From an uncultured delta proteobacterium (GTDB taxonomy: Bacteria; Desulfobacterota; Binatia; UBA9968): a stretch of 64,000 bases of DNA. Made by a program: the position numbers and the translations under genes. Positions within the stretch are counted from its first letter, which is position 1. Every line of letters starts with the position of its first letter. The stretch is taken from assembly GCA_963745835.1 (NCBI GenBank), contig CAVUZH010000013.1:128001-192000 (forward strand). The letters are read 5' to 3'. Positions 42,968 through 53,440 of the stretch are shown one piece after another. The notes under the pieces are model-generated. The model did not search any database, was not told where the DNA came from, and saw only the letters and a program-made list of their open reading frames with translations.

Positions 42968-43032
42968 GATTGAATTGATCGACGCATCAGTTCAAACATC
43001 GAGAGATTGCGGTGCTGGAACCCAGTCAAATT
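42968..43032. repeat. Double-palindrome element (A intact, B degenerate)
   Basis: GATTGAATTGA TCGACGCA TCAGTTCAAAC - 7 nt - GATTGCGGTGC TGGAACC CAGTCAAATT. Confidence 0.8.
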
Positions 43033-43146
43033 GTCTCTATGCTTCTATTCGCAAAAGCCTCCTTGCGGCTCTTCCAGCATTATCAACAAACTGCGGGAGC
43101 ACGGTCTTGTTAATGAATGACTGGCTAACCACCTACACCCAGACTG

Positions 43147-43977
43147 ATGTATAACCAACGAAAGCTTATGCTGGTAAAAATATTTCTCGCCCTAAGTAGT
43201 ATCTCACCACACCTTAAGAAATTGCTGTGGAAGCAATGGTATCAGTTTTTAGCCAGTCACTATCCGACCAAAGACTGGTCGTTCATGAATTACGGCTACA
43301 CGCCAATAGACGATCACTCCGAGATGCTGAGGTTGAATGAAGCAGATGAGCCTGACCGTTATGCCATCCAGTTATATCACCACGTGACGGGTACGGTCGA
43401 TTTAACGAATCTAGACGTATTGGAAATCGGCAGCGGGCGCGGTGGGGGCGCATCGTACGTTGCACGATACTTGAAACCCAAAACGTTGACCGGCATGGAT
43501 TTTTCAGACAGAACCATTGAGTTCTGTAAGCACATTCATGCCGTTGACGGACTCTCATTCATCAAGGGCGACGCTGAAGCATTGGCTTTTGATGCAGGAA
43601 GTTTTGACGCGATAATCAATATTGAATCGTCGCATTGTTATGGTTCGATGGAAACTTTTCTTGCAAATGTGAAAAGAGTGCTTCGTCAAAATGGATATTT
43701 TTTCTACGCGGATTTTCGCAACAAAAATGATCTCGCGGTTTTACACAGTCAGATGGAGAAATCGGGCATGAAGATTCTCAAACGAGAAGATATTACAGCG
43801 AACGTTCTCAGGTCATTGGATCTGGACGATCAACGGAAACTGATACTTATACGAGATCTGTTTCGGAAAGGGCTACTGAAGCCATTTCAAGAATTCGCCG
43901 GCGTAAAAGGTTCGAAGATCCATTCCGGCTTTCAGAGTGGCAAAATGATTTATTTGCATTATGTTCTGCAGAAATAA
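43147..43977 (+). CDS. Class I SAM-dependent methyltransferase (fatty-acid/phthiotriol O-methyltransferase-like)
   Basis: FMNYGY, IQLYHHV, VLEIGSGRGGG, NIESSHCY. Confidence 0.9.
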   Translation: MYNQRKLMLVKIFLALSSISPHLKKLLWKQWYQFLASHYPTKDWSFMNYGYTPIDDHSEMLRLNEADEPDRYAIQLYHHVTGTVDLTNLDVLEIGSGRGGGASYVARYLKPKTLTGMDFSDRTIEFCKHIHAVDGLSFIKGDAEALAFDAGSFDAIINIESSHCYGSMETFLANVKRVLRQNGYFFYADFRNKNDLAVLHSQMEKSGMKILKREDITANVLRSLDLDDQRKLILIRDLFRKGLLKPFQEFAGVKGSKIHSGFQSGKMIYLHYVLQK

Positions 43978-44280
43978 CCGGCAGACAGGAAACAAGAAAC
44001 CGTGGCATATCACACCTCCGGGAAGGTGTAGTTCGATAATTATAAACTATAAGCACGCCGCCCGTCGATTTTACGCGGGCCTCGCCTATGATCTTTGAGC
44101 AGTTCGCTTTGAGCAGTCTCGTCTCCTTCTGAGAGTATTTCAGCGGAATACTAAGTAAGTGATTGACCCCGACCCATTGCTGTTTTTGAATTTGCACGGA
44201 ATTGGTGTTCGTCGTATCGTTGAGGCAAACGATTGACGCGGACCAGGTTCGGTTCGGACTTCAGTAGAAGAGAAAATTTC

Positions 44281-45390
44281 ATGGAGGCGCATTTGGAACA
44301 GAAGCTCATCGATGCTGATGGTCACGTGCTCGAAGACGAGACTCTCCTGGATTTCCTTGAGGAACCCTATCGCAGCTGCAAAGCCCAGGGTGGAATCATC
44401 GGACCGATACGTAACGTCCTGGGCAATGTATTTCCGACTCTGGATTTTCTTCACCTGGCCACGTTCAAGCGCAGCGAGCGGGCCTTTGGCGGCGGTAAGC
44501 GTGTCGGTCCAGATCAGTGGCTCGAGTTTCTCGATGTGGCGAAGTTTGAATATGCGTTTCTTTATCCGACCGTCGGACTCGCCATGGGCAATATCGTCCA
44601 TCCGGACTGGGCGTGCGTGGTGGCGCGTGCTTACAACAACTGGATTCACGACCGCTACATGAAACGCAGCCCGCGGCTTCAGGGCATGGCGCTTCTTCCC
44701 ATGCAAGACGTGAGCGAGGCGGTCAACGAGTTGCGCCGCGCGGTCAAGGAGCTTGGCATGCCTGGAGCGATGCTGCCGTCCCGCGGCTTGCCTTTCGATC
44801 TTGGCCATCGGACCTACTGGCCAGTCTATGCGGAAGCCGAGAAGTTGGGTTGCGCGCTCGCCGTCCACGGCGGCTGTCATCACGGAATGGGTCTTGACAC
44901 CTTTGAGACCTTCGTGCCGATCCACGGACTAGGCCATCCGCTTTCCTTGATCATCGCCTTCTCGGGTATGGTCTATCACGGCGTGTTCAATGAATATCCG
45001 CGGCTGCGAGTCGGTTTTCTCGAGGGTGGCGCCGCCTGGGCGACTTTCTGGATGGATCGAATCGATCGTTCGCATCACTACTTTGGCGAGTTGAATAGGC
45101 AGGGGAGATACAAGGGGCCGTCCATGCAGCAAAAGCCCAGCGAATATCTCAAGAGCGATAATGTTTTCATCGGCTGTGAGGGTGGTGAGGAGGGGCTGGA
45201 TTATCAAATCAAGCGGACGGGAAACTCCCACTTCCTTTTTGCCAGCGACTTTCCCCACGAGATCGGGCCTGAAGATATCCTGCACGAAATTGAAGAGGTG
45301 CAAGAATACCCGGGTCTCAGCGAGGAGGACAAGGCGGCTATTCTCGGCGGCAACGCAAGACGATTCTACCAGGTCCCTCAGGGGCAATAA
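44281..45390 (+). CDS. Amidohydrolase_2 family protein
   Basis: IDADGHVLE, VHGG, FLEGG, FASDFPHE, ILGGNARRFY. Confidence 0.92.
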   Translation: MEAHLEQKLIDADGHVLEDETLLDFLEEPYRSCKAQGGIIGPIRNVLGNVFPTLDFLHLATFKRSERAFGGGKRVGPDQWLEFLDVAKFEYAFLYPTVGLAMGNIVHPDWACVVARAYNNWIHDRYMKRSPRLQGMALLPMQDVSEAVNELRRAVKELGMPGAMLPSRGLPFDLGHRTYWPVYAEAEKLGCALAVHGGCHHGMGLDTFETFVPIHGLGHPLSLIIAFSGMVYHGVFNEYPRLRVGFLEGGAAWATFWMDRIDRSHHYFGELNRQGRYKGPSMQQKPSEYLKSDNVFIGCEGGEEGLDYQIKRTGNSHFLFASDFPHEIGPEDILHEIEEVQEYPGLSEEDKAAILGGNARRFYQVPQGQ

Positions 45391-45564
45391 CGGTGCGATC
45401 AATAAAAGATCCACGGTGGAGTTTCCGTTTGCGGCGCGCTCGGCGGTTGCCGCCGTCATCCAGTCAAGAAGTCGTGCTGAGACAGGGATGCGGGTTTATG
45501 GGAGTGCATGTACGGATCGAAAGAGACTCAATCATCGAGGAAACCGCACTGAATAGGAGGGCGT

Positions 45565-46605
45565 ATGGAAAAACGAAATATCCGCTTCCGGACAGCGTTC
45601 ATCTTATGGGCATTGTTTTCGTTCTGTCTTGCGGGACCAGTCAGCGGAGCCAAGATCGACTGCGGGCCGGTGACCAATACCAGTAACGACCTCCCGCGCA
45701 CAGCCGCTATAGGAACGAACCCTGCCGGTACCGGAGCGCACTCGGTCGGGAGCGGTCTTGCCGCGGTCGGCAGCAACACGACGCCTATCTCCGTGCGGGT
45801 CCAGCCGTATAACGGTCCCAATGCCTGGATGCCGGTCCTGCAGGGCGGCGAGATCGAGTTCGGCATCATGAACATCCTTGACGCCAAGATGGCGCAAACC
45901 GGCACCGGCAATTACAAGAGACCAAACCCGGAGCTCCGTGTGGTATCCGGCGGCGTATTCCCATTTACCGTAGGTTGGTTTGTCCGTGATAAGTCAGACA
46001 TAAAAGAGACTAAAGATCTGAAGGGCAAACGCATGGCCTGGGATTACGGCGGCCATGCCATCACACAGTCATTGCAGCTAATCTTCCTGGAGGCCGGAGG
46101 CGTCAAGCCAACGGATCTCATCCAGGTGCGGGTTTCGAACATCAACGACGGCGCCAGGGGTGTCGCCGAGGGAAAGATCGACATAGCTGAAACAGGAATC
46201 GGAATTGGACTGGTGGAGGAAGTGAATGCCGCGGAGCCGGTTCGGTTTCTCAGCTTGCCCAATACCGATCAGGCCAAGGCCATTCTGGCGAAATCCGGAG
46301 TTAGCTTAGTCAAGTCCGACCCGGTAACCGGAATCAAAGGCGATACTTACGTGATTGGTTATCCGCTTCATCTTGTGGGTTCCACAAAGGTCAGCGAGAA
46401 AACCGTATATAGCCTGGTGAAAGCCTGGTGGGAAAACTTGAGCGAGCTACAAACCAAGCATCCATTGTTTAAGAAGTGGACAAAGGAAATGCAGGCGCTA
46501 ACGAACTTTACGGTCCCCTATCATCCGGGCGCCATCAAGTTTTATAAAGAAGTAGGGGTCTGGACCCCTGTGCATGAATCTCGTACGAAGGAAATCTGCC
46601 AGTAA
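45565..46605 (+). CDS. TAXI family TRAP transporter solute-binding subunit
   Basis: IGTNPAGTG, DLKGKR, VPYHPGAIKFYKEVGVW. AGGAGG RBS. Confidence 0.9.
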   Translation: MEKRNIRFRTAFILWALFSFCLAGPVSGAKIDCGPVTNTSNDLPRTAAIGTNPAGTGAHSVGSGLAAVGSNTTPISVRVQPYNGPNAWMPVLQGGEIEFGIMNILDAKMAQTGTGNYKRPNPELRVVSGGVFPFTVGWFVRDKSDIKETKDLKGKRMAWDYGGHAITQSLQLIFLEAGGVKPTDLIQVRVSNINDGARGVAEGKIDIAETGIGIGLVEEVNAAEPVRFLSLPNTDQAKAILAKSGVSLVKSDPVTGIKGDTYVIGYPLHLVGSTKVSEKTVYSLVKAWWENLSELQTKHPLFKKWTKEMQALTNFTVPYHPGAIKFYKEVGVWTPVHESRTKEICQ

Positions 46606-47166
46606 AAGCGGTCGTGCTACATAGCAAAAAACTCTTCGAAAATTTCGGGCGGAAGGAAATGCGAGTGGGAAGCCTTGGCCGGATTATTGGAATAGCACGA
46701 TGATTTACCTACATTATGTTCTGCAGAAGTGAATACCAGCCAGAGATCTTTTTGTGATAGAGCATCCGACTTTAAAGCTGAACGCCTTGACAGCTCTCCA
46801 ATCCGCCAAGCAAAGTCGCCTCGAAATCTTACTAATAGGCAAGCCCGATAAGTGATCGCGGCCGGCATGGCCGCTCGGCAGTACGCCTCAGCAACTCGTG
46901 CGCGGTCTGCCAGACCGGAATCTAAAAAACCTATAGCCCGTCGTGGATGCAGCCGATGATGCGTCAGCTGTGGATGCTAAGCCCCTGGTGGCAGCCAAAT
47001 CACCTGGAGATGCAGAGTTCCAGTTGCGGTCGACTGTATACGATCGGATAGCTGCGTAAACGGAAGGAACACCGGTCGAGCTATTTTCTTGGCCTCTTGG
47101 TTCCAGGCGCAAAGATAACCTCGCGAAATCAGACTTGATACGGATCGCACACCCCGCTCGCCAAAA

Positions 47167-47181
47167 CGGCACGTAGCTTGC
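47167..47181 (+). promoter_or_regulatory. Putative sigma-54 promoter
   Basis: CGGCAC-GTAGC-TTGC, ~77 bp upstream of 47258. Confidence 0.45.
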
Positions 47182-47257
47182 GCTAGAGTTCGGTCATCGA
47201 AGACCGTGTAAACCCGGCACGCACTCCTCGATACGACCTGAACTCAAGGAGGGCAAA

Positions 47258-47743
47258 ATGGCGGACTCTATTCTAGTCGCTCTTGACGAAACCCAGCACA
47301 TCCACCGCTTCATGCCCCATCTGAAATCGACCGCTCGGCCGGGAGAGACTATTATCTTTCTCATACGCACGGCGACATCAACCTGGGGTGACGTGGAAAC
47401 TCATCTGCCCATGGTCGAAACCGGCAACATAACCTCGCGGGAATACCGGGGTAGCGCATGGCGATTCAACGTCGACCAAGAAAAACAGAAAGCAGAACGC
47501 AACTTAGAGTTGATCTGCGAAGCGCTCCGGCGCAAGGGGATTAACGCAGAAGTTAAGATGTATGCAGGCGGGTTGAGCAAAGCAGTGCGAGAATGCGCAA
47601 AAACAGGCGCTACTCGCTTAATTATGATGCCGGCGAATTACCCAAGGATCCAGGTGGTAAAGGCTTTTTTAGCTGCTCTGAAATTATTTAGCCATCACAT
47701 GCCCGCGGTAGCGTTGCTGCCTCCCAGTTATATCGAGCGATGA
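47258..47743 (+). CDS. Universal-stress-protein-like hypothetical protein
   Basis: ILVALD N-terminal strand, USP-like length and pattern. AAGGAGG RBS. Confidence 0.6.
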   Translation: MADSILVALDETQHIHRFMPHLKSTARPGETIIFLIRTATSTWGDVETHLPMVETGNITSREYRGSAWRFNVDQEKQKAERNLELICEALRRKGINAEVKMYAGGLSKAVRECAKTGATRLIMMPANYPRIQVVKAFLAALKLFSHHMPAVALLPPSYIER

Positions 47744-47876
47744 TCTCTGACAGTTGCTTGGATGAAAGCTGGTGCCTGGGCGAAACCTAGTTCCGGACAC
47801 CTCTCCTTACCAGGTGTGGGCCGAGCCAATCTCGCATAACATTCGCGTGCTCTCGGGTAGTGACTTCTCGGTCGAT

Positions 47877-49280
47877 TTAAATTTTCAAAGCCAACTGCGA
47901 TGCGCTTTCTCCGGCCAAGATTCCCGTCACCAGCGCTTGCATCAAACCGCCGGTGTAGCCGCCGCGATAGCCGCCCATCAGCCCGCCTATGGCGTCCCCG
48001 GCAGCGTAGAGGCCGTGAATCGGCTTCTCGTCTTCGTTCAGAACTTCGGCGCGTCCATTCACCAGGATGCCGCCCATGGTGAAAGTAATCCCGGGAACGA
48101 CTCGCAGACCATAGAATGGCGCGCGCAGCGGTCTCGGCTTGCCGGTGCGCGGGATACTCAACGCGCTGAGGTTATTCGAACGGATGGCGCGATTATAATC
48201 GTCGAGCGTCCGAGCAAGTCGCTGATCATCGACACCGAGGATTTTCGCCAATCCCTCGATCGATGAATCCTTGTAAATCTCACCCTCTTTATCGAGAAGC
48301 CAGGGATTCGGCGCGGGCGTATTCACTGAATTCGAGACGGCATCGGCTTTTGCCGCGTCCCAGCTTTGCTGATCGAAGATGAGAACCGCCCCAGTCACGT
48401 CATCCACTCGCGCCAACTCATTTGCCAGCGCGACATCGCCCCGTCCCTCATCGATAAAGCGTTGACCTTCGCGGTCAATGAGAATTCCTTCATCAACGAA
48501 CGAGTCCAAACGGGGGTAAGGCCAAAACCGGTCATCCGTGAGAGCCTTTCGCGACAACAAATGGCCGTAAAAATACTTGAGATTGACCGCCTTAGCACCA
48601 ACGTCGATGGCCATGCGCAAGCCGTCGCCCGTGCATTGCTTGGAGCCCCGCAGCTTACATTCGTTCGGCGTGAGGTCCGATATATTTCTTCACCAGTTCC
48701 TTATTTGCGCTGAAGCCGCCTGTACAGAGCACGGTTGCGCCAGCCCGCAGTTCAATCTGTTCGCCCGCCCGTGAGCCGATAACTCCGCAGATCCGACCGC
48801 TTTCATAGATCAATTTTTCTCCTTTGACGCCGCTTACGTAGCTTCCGCCAAGTTGGTTCAGACTTTTTTGAGACTCGCGAGCGCGTGCGTGCCGACATCT
48901 TTCTTGTAAACCGGCGCGAGCGAGACCTCCCCCGCCTGATCCAGCCAAACTCTGCCGGCCGCGCTTTCATTGACGTTAACCCCGCTGCTGATCAACCAGT
49001 CGACCGCGCGTCCGCAGGTCAGCGACCAGGCTTTGACAAGGTCGGGGTAACCGACGCCTTCCGACATGACAGATTCATACAATTCCCTCGAACTCGTCCG
49101 CGGACTCTTGCCGCCTGCGCGCAAACTCCCGGAAGCCATCAGAATATTGCCATCGCCGAGCGGGCCATTGCTTTTATCGGTCAAGATGACTTTTGCGCCT
49201 TTCTCAGCGGCGCGAACGGCGGCCGTGAAGCCGGCTAGTCCGGCACCGACGACAAGAATATCAGTCGATAAAATTTCCAT
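47877..49280 (-). CDS. FAD-dependent oxidoreductase (FAD_binding_2, flavocytochrome-c flavin-subunit-like); two frameshifts
   Basis: DILVVGAGLAG, LCTGGFSAN, TGDG, TFTMGGILVN, GLYAAGD across three consecutive frames (shifts ~48865, ~48660). Confidence 0.85.
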
Positions 49281-49285
49281 TGGCG

Positions 49286-50299
49286 TTACGGCAATTTGTA
49301 TCCCAATTCTTTGGCTACTTCGGTTGCGAGTCGTTCATCCGCGACATCGTTTAAAGCAACTCTCCGATCGGTGAACCGCCCTTGAGCTTGGAGCGAGCGC
49401 ACCAGATTGTCCATACCCGCTCGATTGGGAATACCGGTCGGATTAAGCGTAGCTTGAAACGCATCGTAGGTTTCCGAGGCGGTTTCTTTGTCCATTTTCA
49501 AAAGACGAATGATCAACTCCACCGTCTTCGGCTTGGACTTGCGTACCTCGTCCTTGGCCGCCTGCAGAGCATGGATGACTCGCTTCACCTCAGCCGGCCT
49601 GGATTGAATGGTTTTGATCAGCGTGGTCAAGCCGCCTCCAGGCATTTCTACCATGGCACCGACATCCAAAAGTTTGTTGAAGCCTTTTCTCGCGGCGCTG
49701 AACGTATGCGGTGGCGACAGCAACGCGGCCTCGACAAAACCGGATTCCATCGAATAAAGAACTTGGAGCTGTTGTCCCGGGATGCCGACCATTACGTAGT
49801 CTTTTGGATTAACGGCTGACTTCTCCAAGGCAATTGACAGTGCCACATGGTTTGTGCCGCCCACTCCTCCCGATATCGCAATCTTTTTGCCTTTGAGTTC
49901 CTGGATCGTCTTATACTGCGGCGCAGACTGCAGCCAGTACGATACCCTGTCCGAAGAAAACCAAATCGCGCGCGATGGCAAACCGGTAAGCGTCGCCGCA
50001 ACCGAAGCGGGTCCGACACCGGCAACATAATCGATGTCGCCTTGCGCGATCGCCGCGGCGGCAAGGGTTGGACTCATGACGATCAATTCCACGTCAAGTC
50101 CATTGGCGCTAAACACACCCCAATCCTTAGCCGCGAGGAGCGGAAGTGCCGTGATCGTGAATCCGGCATTGGAAATCCGAACTTTGACGCGGCGGTCCTG
50201 GCTGGCAGCGTCCTGTGACAACAGGACGATCAGTCCCACTGCCATGATCCAACCAACGCACGTCAACGAGTACAGCCGCAAAAATTTCTTTTGCCTCAT
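49286..50299 (-). CDS. ABC substrate-binding protein (NMT1/SsuA-like), paralog 1
   Basis: ELKGKKIAIS, GLDVELI; strongly similar to 50409-51410 and 57650-58651. Confidence 0.9.
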   Translation of the reverse strand: MRQKKFLRLYSLTCVGWIMAVGLIVLLSQDAASQDRRVKVRISNAGFTITALPLLAAKDWGVFSANGLDVELIVMSPTLAAAAIAQGDIDYVAGVGPASVAATLTGLPSRAIWFSSDRVSYWLQSAPQYKTIQELKGKKIAISGGVGGTNHVALSIALEKSAVNPKDYVMVGIPGQQLQVLYSMESGFVEAALLSPPHTFSAARKGFNKLLDVGAMVEMPGGGLTTLIKTIQSRPAEVKRVIHALQAAKDEVRKSKPKTVELIIRLLKMDKETASETYDAFQATLNPTGIPNRAGMDNLVRSLQAQGRFTDRRVALNDVADERLATEVAKELGYKLP

Positions 50300-50408
50300 C
50301 GACTCTCCTGGCGCCTTCCCCTTACCTCAGGCGGACGAAAGATGTTAGAAGAATGCATTCGCGCAAAACCCATCCCGCTACCTTCGACGCACGCCCGTGT
50401 TCGGCAAG

Positions 50409-51410
50409 CTATGGGATCTTGTAACCGAGCTCTTTTGCCACTTCGGTTGCGAGCCGGTCGTCGGCGATCTCATTAAACGCTACTTTGCGCTCGCCGTGCC
50501 GGCCCTGTGACTGTACCGCCTTGACGAGTGTCTCCATACCGATGCGGCTGGGAACTCCCGTCGGGCTTAGGGTGGTTAAAAATTGGTCGTAAGTTTCGCT
50601 GGCTGCTTCCTTGTCCATTTTAAGAAGTTTGGTTATCAATTCGACGGTTTTCGGCTTGGATTTTTTGATCTCGTCTTTAGCCTGCTGCAACGAGCGGATA
50701 ACTCGTTTTGTTTCGGCCGGCCGTTCCTGAATCGTCTTTACCAGGGCCGTCAAACCGCCGCCTGGCATCTCCACCATGGCGCCGACATCGAGCAGTTTGT
50801 TGAAACCTTTTTTCTGCGCGCCAAATGTCACCGGCGGCGACATCATCGCGCCATCGACGAATCCCGATTCCAGCGAATAGAGAATTTGGATCTGCTGTCC
50901 TGGAATGGATACTAGAACGAAATCCTTCGGATTGGCTCCGGCCTTTTCCAGAGCCATGTTCATCGCCACATGGATGGTGCCGCCCAAGCCGCTGACCGCA
51001 ATCTTTTTTCCCTTGAGGCTGTCGATGGTTTTAAATGGCGGTTTGGACATCAGCCAATAGGAGATACGGTCGGAAGAGAACCAGATCGCCCGCGTCGGAA
51101 AGCCGCTCAAAGTGGCATTAACCGATGCAGGCCCCACCCCCGCCTGATAATCGATATCCCCTTGGCTCAGCGCCGCCGGTACGATCGATGACTGCATCAG
51201 AATGAGTTCCATATCGAGCCCGTTGGCGGTGAAAAATCCCCATTCCTTGGCGGCGAGCAGCGGCAAAGCGGTGATCGTATAGCCGGCGTTGGATATCCGC
51301 GCCTTGGTGCGTTGTTCTTGCGCGCTAAAGGCGGGAGTGGCTACAGCAATCCCGGCAAGAATTGCCAGCCAAGAAAACCATGAGTTGAGTATGATCGATG
51401 GGTTGCTCAT
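50409..51410 (-). CDS. ABC substrate-binding protein (NMT1/SsuA-like), paralog 2
   Basis: RISNAG, GVGPAS, VEMPGGGLT shared with paralogs. Confidence 0.9.
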   Translation of the reverse strand: MSNPSIILNSWFSWLAILAGIAVATPAFSAQEQRTKARISNAGYTITALPLLAAKEWGFFTANGLDMELILMQSSIVPAALSQGDIDYQAGVGPASVNATLSGFPTRAIWFSSDRISYWLMSKPPFKTIDSLKGKKIAVSGLGGTIHVAMNMALEKAGANPKDFVLVSIPGQQIQILYSLESGFVDGAMMSPPVTFGAQKKGFNKLLDVGAMVEMPGGGLTALVKTIQERPAETKRVIRSLQQAKDEIKKSKPKTVELITKLLKMDKEAASETYDQFLTTLSPTGVPSRIGMETLVKAVQSQGRHGERKVAFNEIADDRLATEVAKELGYKIP

Positions 51411-51524
51411 CGGATATCTCCTCCGTCTGCCAGAATCGCCGGTTAAACTCTTACGTCAACGCCTCTTGCTTGACAAGGTTTTGGTTCCTTGAAAGGATCG
51501 CAAATTGTCATGGCAAGGAATCTA

Positions 51525-51682
51525 TTAGAAGTTTGTGAAGAACTCTCTTTGCAGGCTGCTCAAAAAGATCTCAGAGGCAAGACGCGCGAAGAATCGAAGA
51601 GCGTAGACGTACATAGCGAGTACGTTGCAGTGAGGCGATCGAGCGCAACGAAGCCTATGAGGCTTTTTCAGCAGTCTGCTAG
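51525..51682. mobile_element. ~155-bp MITE, copy 2
   Basis: TGCAGGCTGCTCAAAAAGATC...GAGGCGATCGAGCGCAACGAAGC...TTTTTCAGCAGTCTGCTAG. Confidence 0.82.
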
Positions 51683-53440
51683 ATGAAACCGATGAGTATG
51701 CCGGTCACTGCTCAACCAGCAATCGATCCAATCACCCTCGAAGTTATTCGCCACGGCATCATTTCCATTTGCGATCAGATCGACGCGAACATGACGCGCA
51801 CGGCATTTAGCCCCTATATCTACGAATACAAGGACTACGCCGTGGGATTTGTCGGCGCCGGCGGCGAACTATTGGCGCAATCCACCGGCGGCATGCCCGT
51901 ATTTGTCGCCGACTCAGTCGGTATGGCGGTAAAAGATGGTTTGGCGATCTATGGGCGCGACAATTTACAAAATGGCGACGTCATCGTCTGCAATCATGCG
52001 GCGGTGCAGGGGCAGCATCTTAACAATACGGTTATGTACACGCCGGTTTTCGCTGGCGCGCACAGCAAGGAGTTGATTGGTTTCTTCGCGGTTAACTGCC
52101 ACTGGATCGATATCGGCGGTTCGGCCATCGGTTCGGTATCGTACTCGTCCACCGACATCTTTATGGAAGGCTTACAGCTGCGCTCGATCAAGATCTGGTC
52201 CAAGGGCGAGCCCATGGAAGAGGTTTATCGCATCATTGAAAACAACACCCGCTTTCCCTTGGAGTTGCTGGGTGACATCGAAGCGCAACTGGGTGGCTGT
52301 CTATTGGGCCGCGATCTTACCCAGACGATGGCGGACAAAGTAGGCGCCGGCGTATTTCTGCACGCGCTCGATATCATTCTCGACCAGTGCGAAGCCGCCA
52401 CCAGGGCAAAGATTCGGGCCATCCCGGACGGCGTCTACCGACATGAAGCGTTCTTGGACAACGACGGCGTGCGCGATGAGAAGATTCCGATCAAAGTAAA
52501 AATCATCGTCGCCGGCGATGAGCTTACCATCGATTATTCCGAGATGTCGCCGCAGGTGCGGGGTTGTATCAATTCAGGATACTACGGCGGCGGCCGCACC
52601 ACGGCGCGGGTGGCGTTCAAGTATTTAATCGCCACCGACGAGCCCGCCAACGAGGGCACCTTCCGGCCGCTCAAGATGATTTTGCCCGAAGGAAAATTGA
52701 TCAGCGCCGAGCCGACCGCGGCGATGGGACTGTACAGCATTCCGTTTCCAACGATCATCGATTGCATTATCAAAGCGTTGGAACCGGCCTTGCCCGAGCG
52801 GGTGACCGGCGCTCACTTCGGCACTTTTTCGTCATTGAGTTTTTCCGGCAAACGCACTGACACCGGCGCTGTGTTCAAGGCGAACGACAGCGGACATGGC
52901 GGTTGGGGCGCGTGCGCGACACATGATGGCGCGGGACCCTTTCGCACCATGGCGCATGGCGACACGCGGTTGATTCCCATCGAGCTGCAAGAGTCGATGT
53001 ATCCGTACCGGGTCGAGGAGTTTTGTTTGCGGCAGGATTCAGGCGGGCCCGGCAAATGGCGCGGCGGCCTTGGATTCGACAAGCAGTATATTCTCCTTGC
53101 GCCCTGCGAACTGTGGGCAAACTTCGACCGCATCGGCTGCCCGCCATGGGGCGTGCAAGGCGCCAAAGCCGCGAAGTCCGGTCAGGTGTTGATCTTCAAA
53201 AACGGCAACCAGGAACCCGAGCGGCTTTACAAGACCGAGAATTGCCCGTTAGAAGCAGGCGATCGCGTGCGCATGTCCACCGGTGGGGGCGGCGGCTACG
53301 GCGACCCCGGCGAACGCCCCATCGAACGGGTCAAACAAGATGTTATCCGCGGCTTCGTTTCTCTCCAAAGCGCGCGCGACGATTACGGCGTCGCGATCGA
53401 TGCGAACGGGAGAGCGGCACGGATGAAAGCGGAAGGATGA
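51683..53440 (+). CDS. Hydantoinase B/oxoprolinase family protein
   Basis: IDPITLEVI, RTAFSP, HWIDIGG, MEGLQL, DSGGPGKWRGG, TGGGGGYGDP. Confidence 0.95.
   Translation: MKPMSMPVTAQPAIDPITLEVIRHGIISICDQIDANMTRTAFSPYIYEYKDYAVGFVGAGGELLAQSTGGMPVFVADSVGMAVKDGLAIYGRDNLQNGDVIVCNHAAVQGQHLNNTVMYTPVFAGAHSKELIGFFAVNCHWIDIGGSAIGSVSYSSTDIFMEGLQLRSIKIWSKGEPMEEVYRIIENNTRFPLELLGDIEAQLGGCLLGRDLTQTMADKVGAGVFLHALDIILDQCEAATRAKIRAIPDGVYRHEAFLDNDGVRDEKIPIKVKIIVAGDELTIDYSEMSPQVRGCINSGYYGGGRTTARVAFKYLIATDEPANEGTFRPLKMILPEGKLISAEPTAAMGLYSIPFPTIIDCIIKALEPALPERVTGAHFGTFSSLSFSGKRTDTGAVFKANDSGHGGWGACATHDGAGPFRTMAHGDTRLIPIELQESMYPYRVEEFCLRQDSGGPGKWRGGLGFDKQYILLAPCELWANFDRIGCPPWGVQGAKAAKSGQVLIFKNGNQEPERLYKTENCPLEAGDRVRMSTGGGGGYGDPGERPIERVKQDVIRGFVSLQSARDDYGVAIDANGRAARMKAEG

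Noticed and set aside
30457-43032. Palindromic ~30-bp repeats as a CRISPR array
   Set aside because: Copies are 1-5 kb apart or paired with 7-8-nt gaps, with no regular spacers and no cas genes.
44140-44925. 261-aa antisense ORF (likewise 55520-56278, 29505-30179, 54021-54656)
   Set aside because: Shadow ORFs opposite well-supported genes, with no motifs.
47055-47080. CGGAAGGAA as SRP (ffs) RNA
   Set aside because: Lacks the flanking CAGG/GCAGC helix-8 context and long stem.
48650-48870. Programmed frameshifting in the FAD oxidoreductase
   Set aside because: Two separate shifts, no stimulatory structure seen, and the window has many similar indels.
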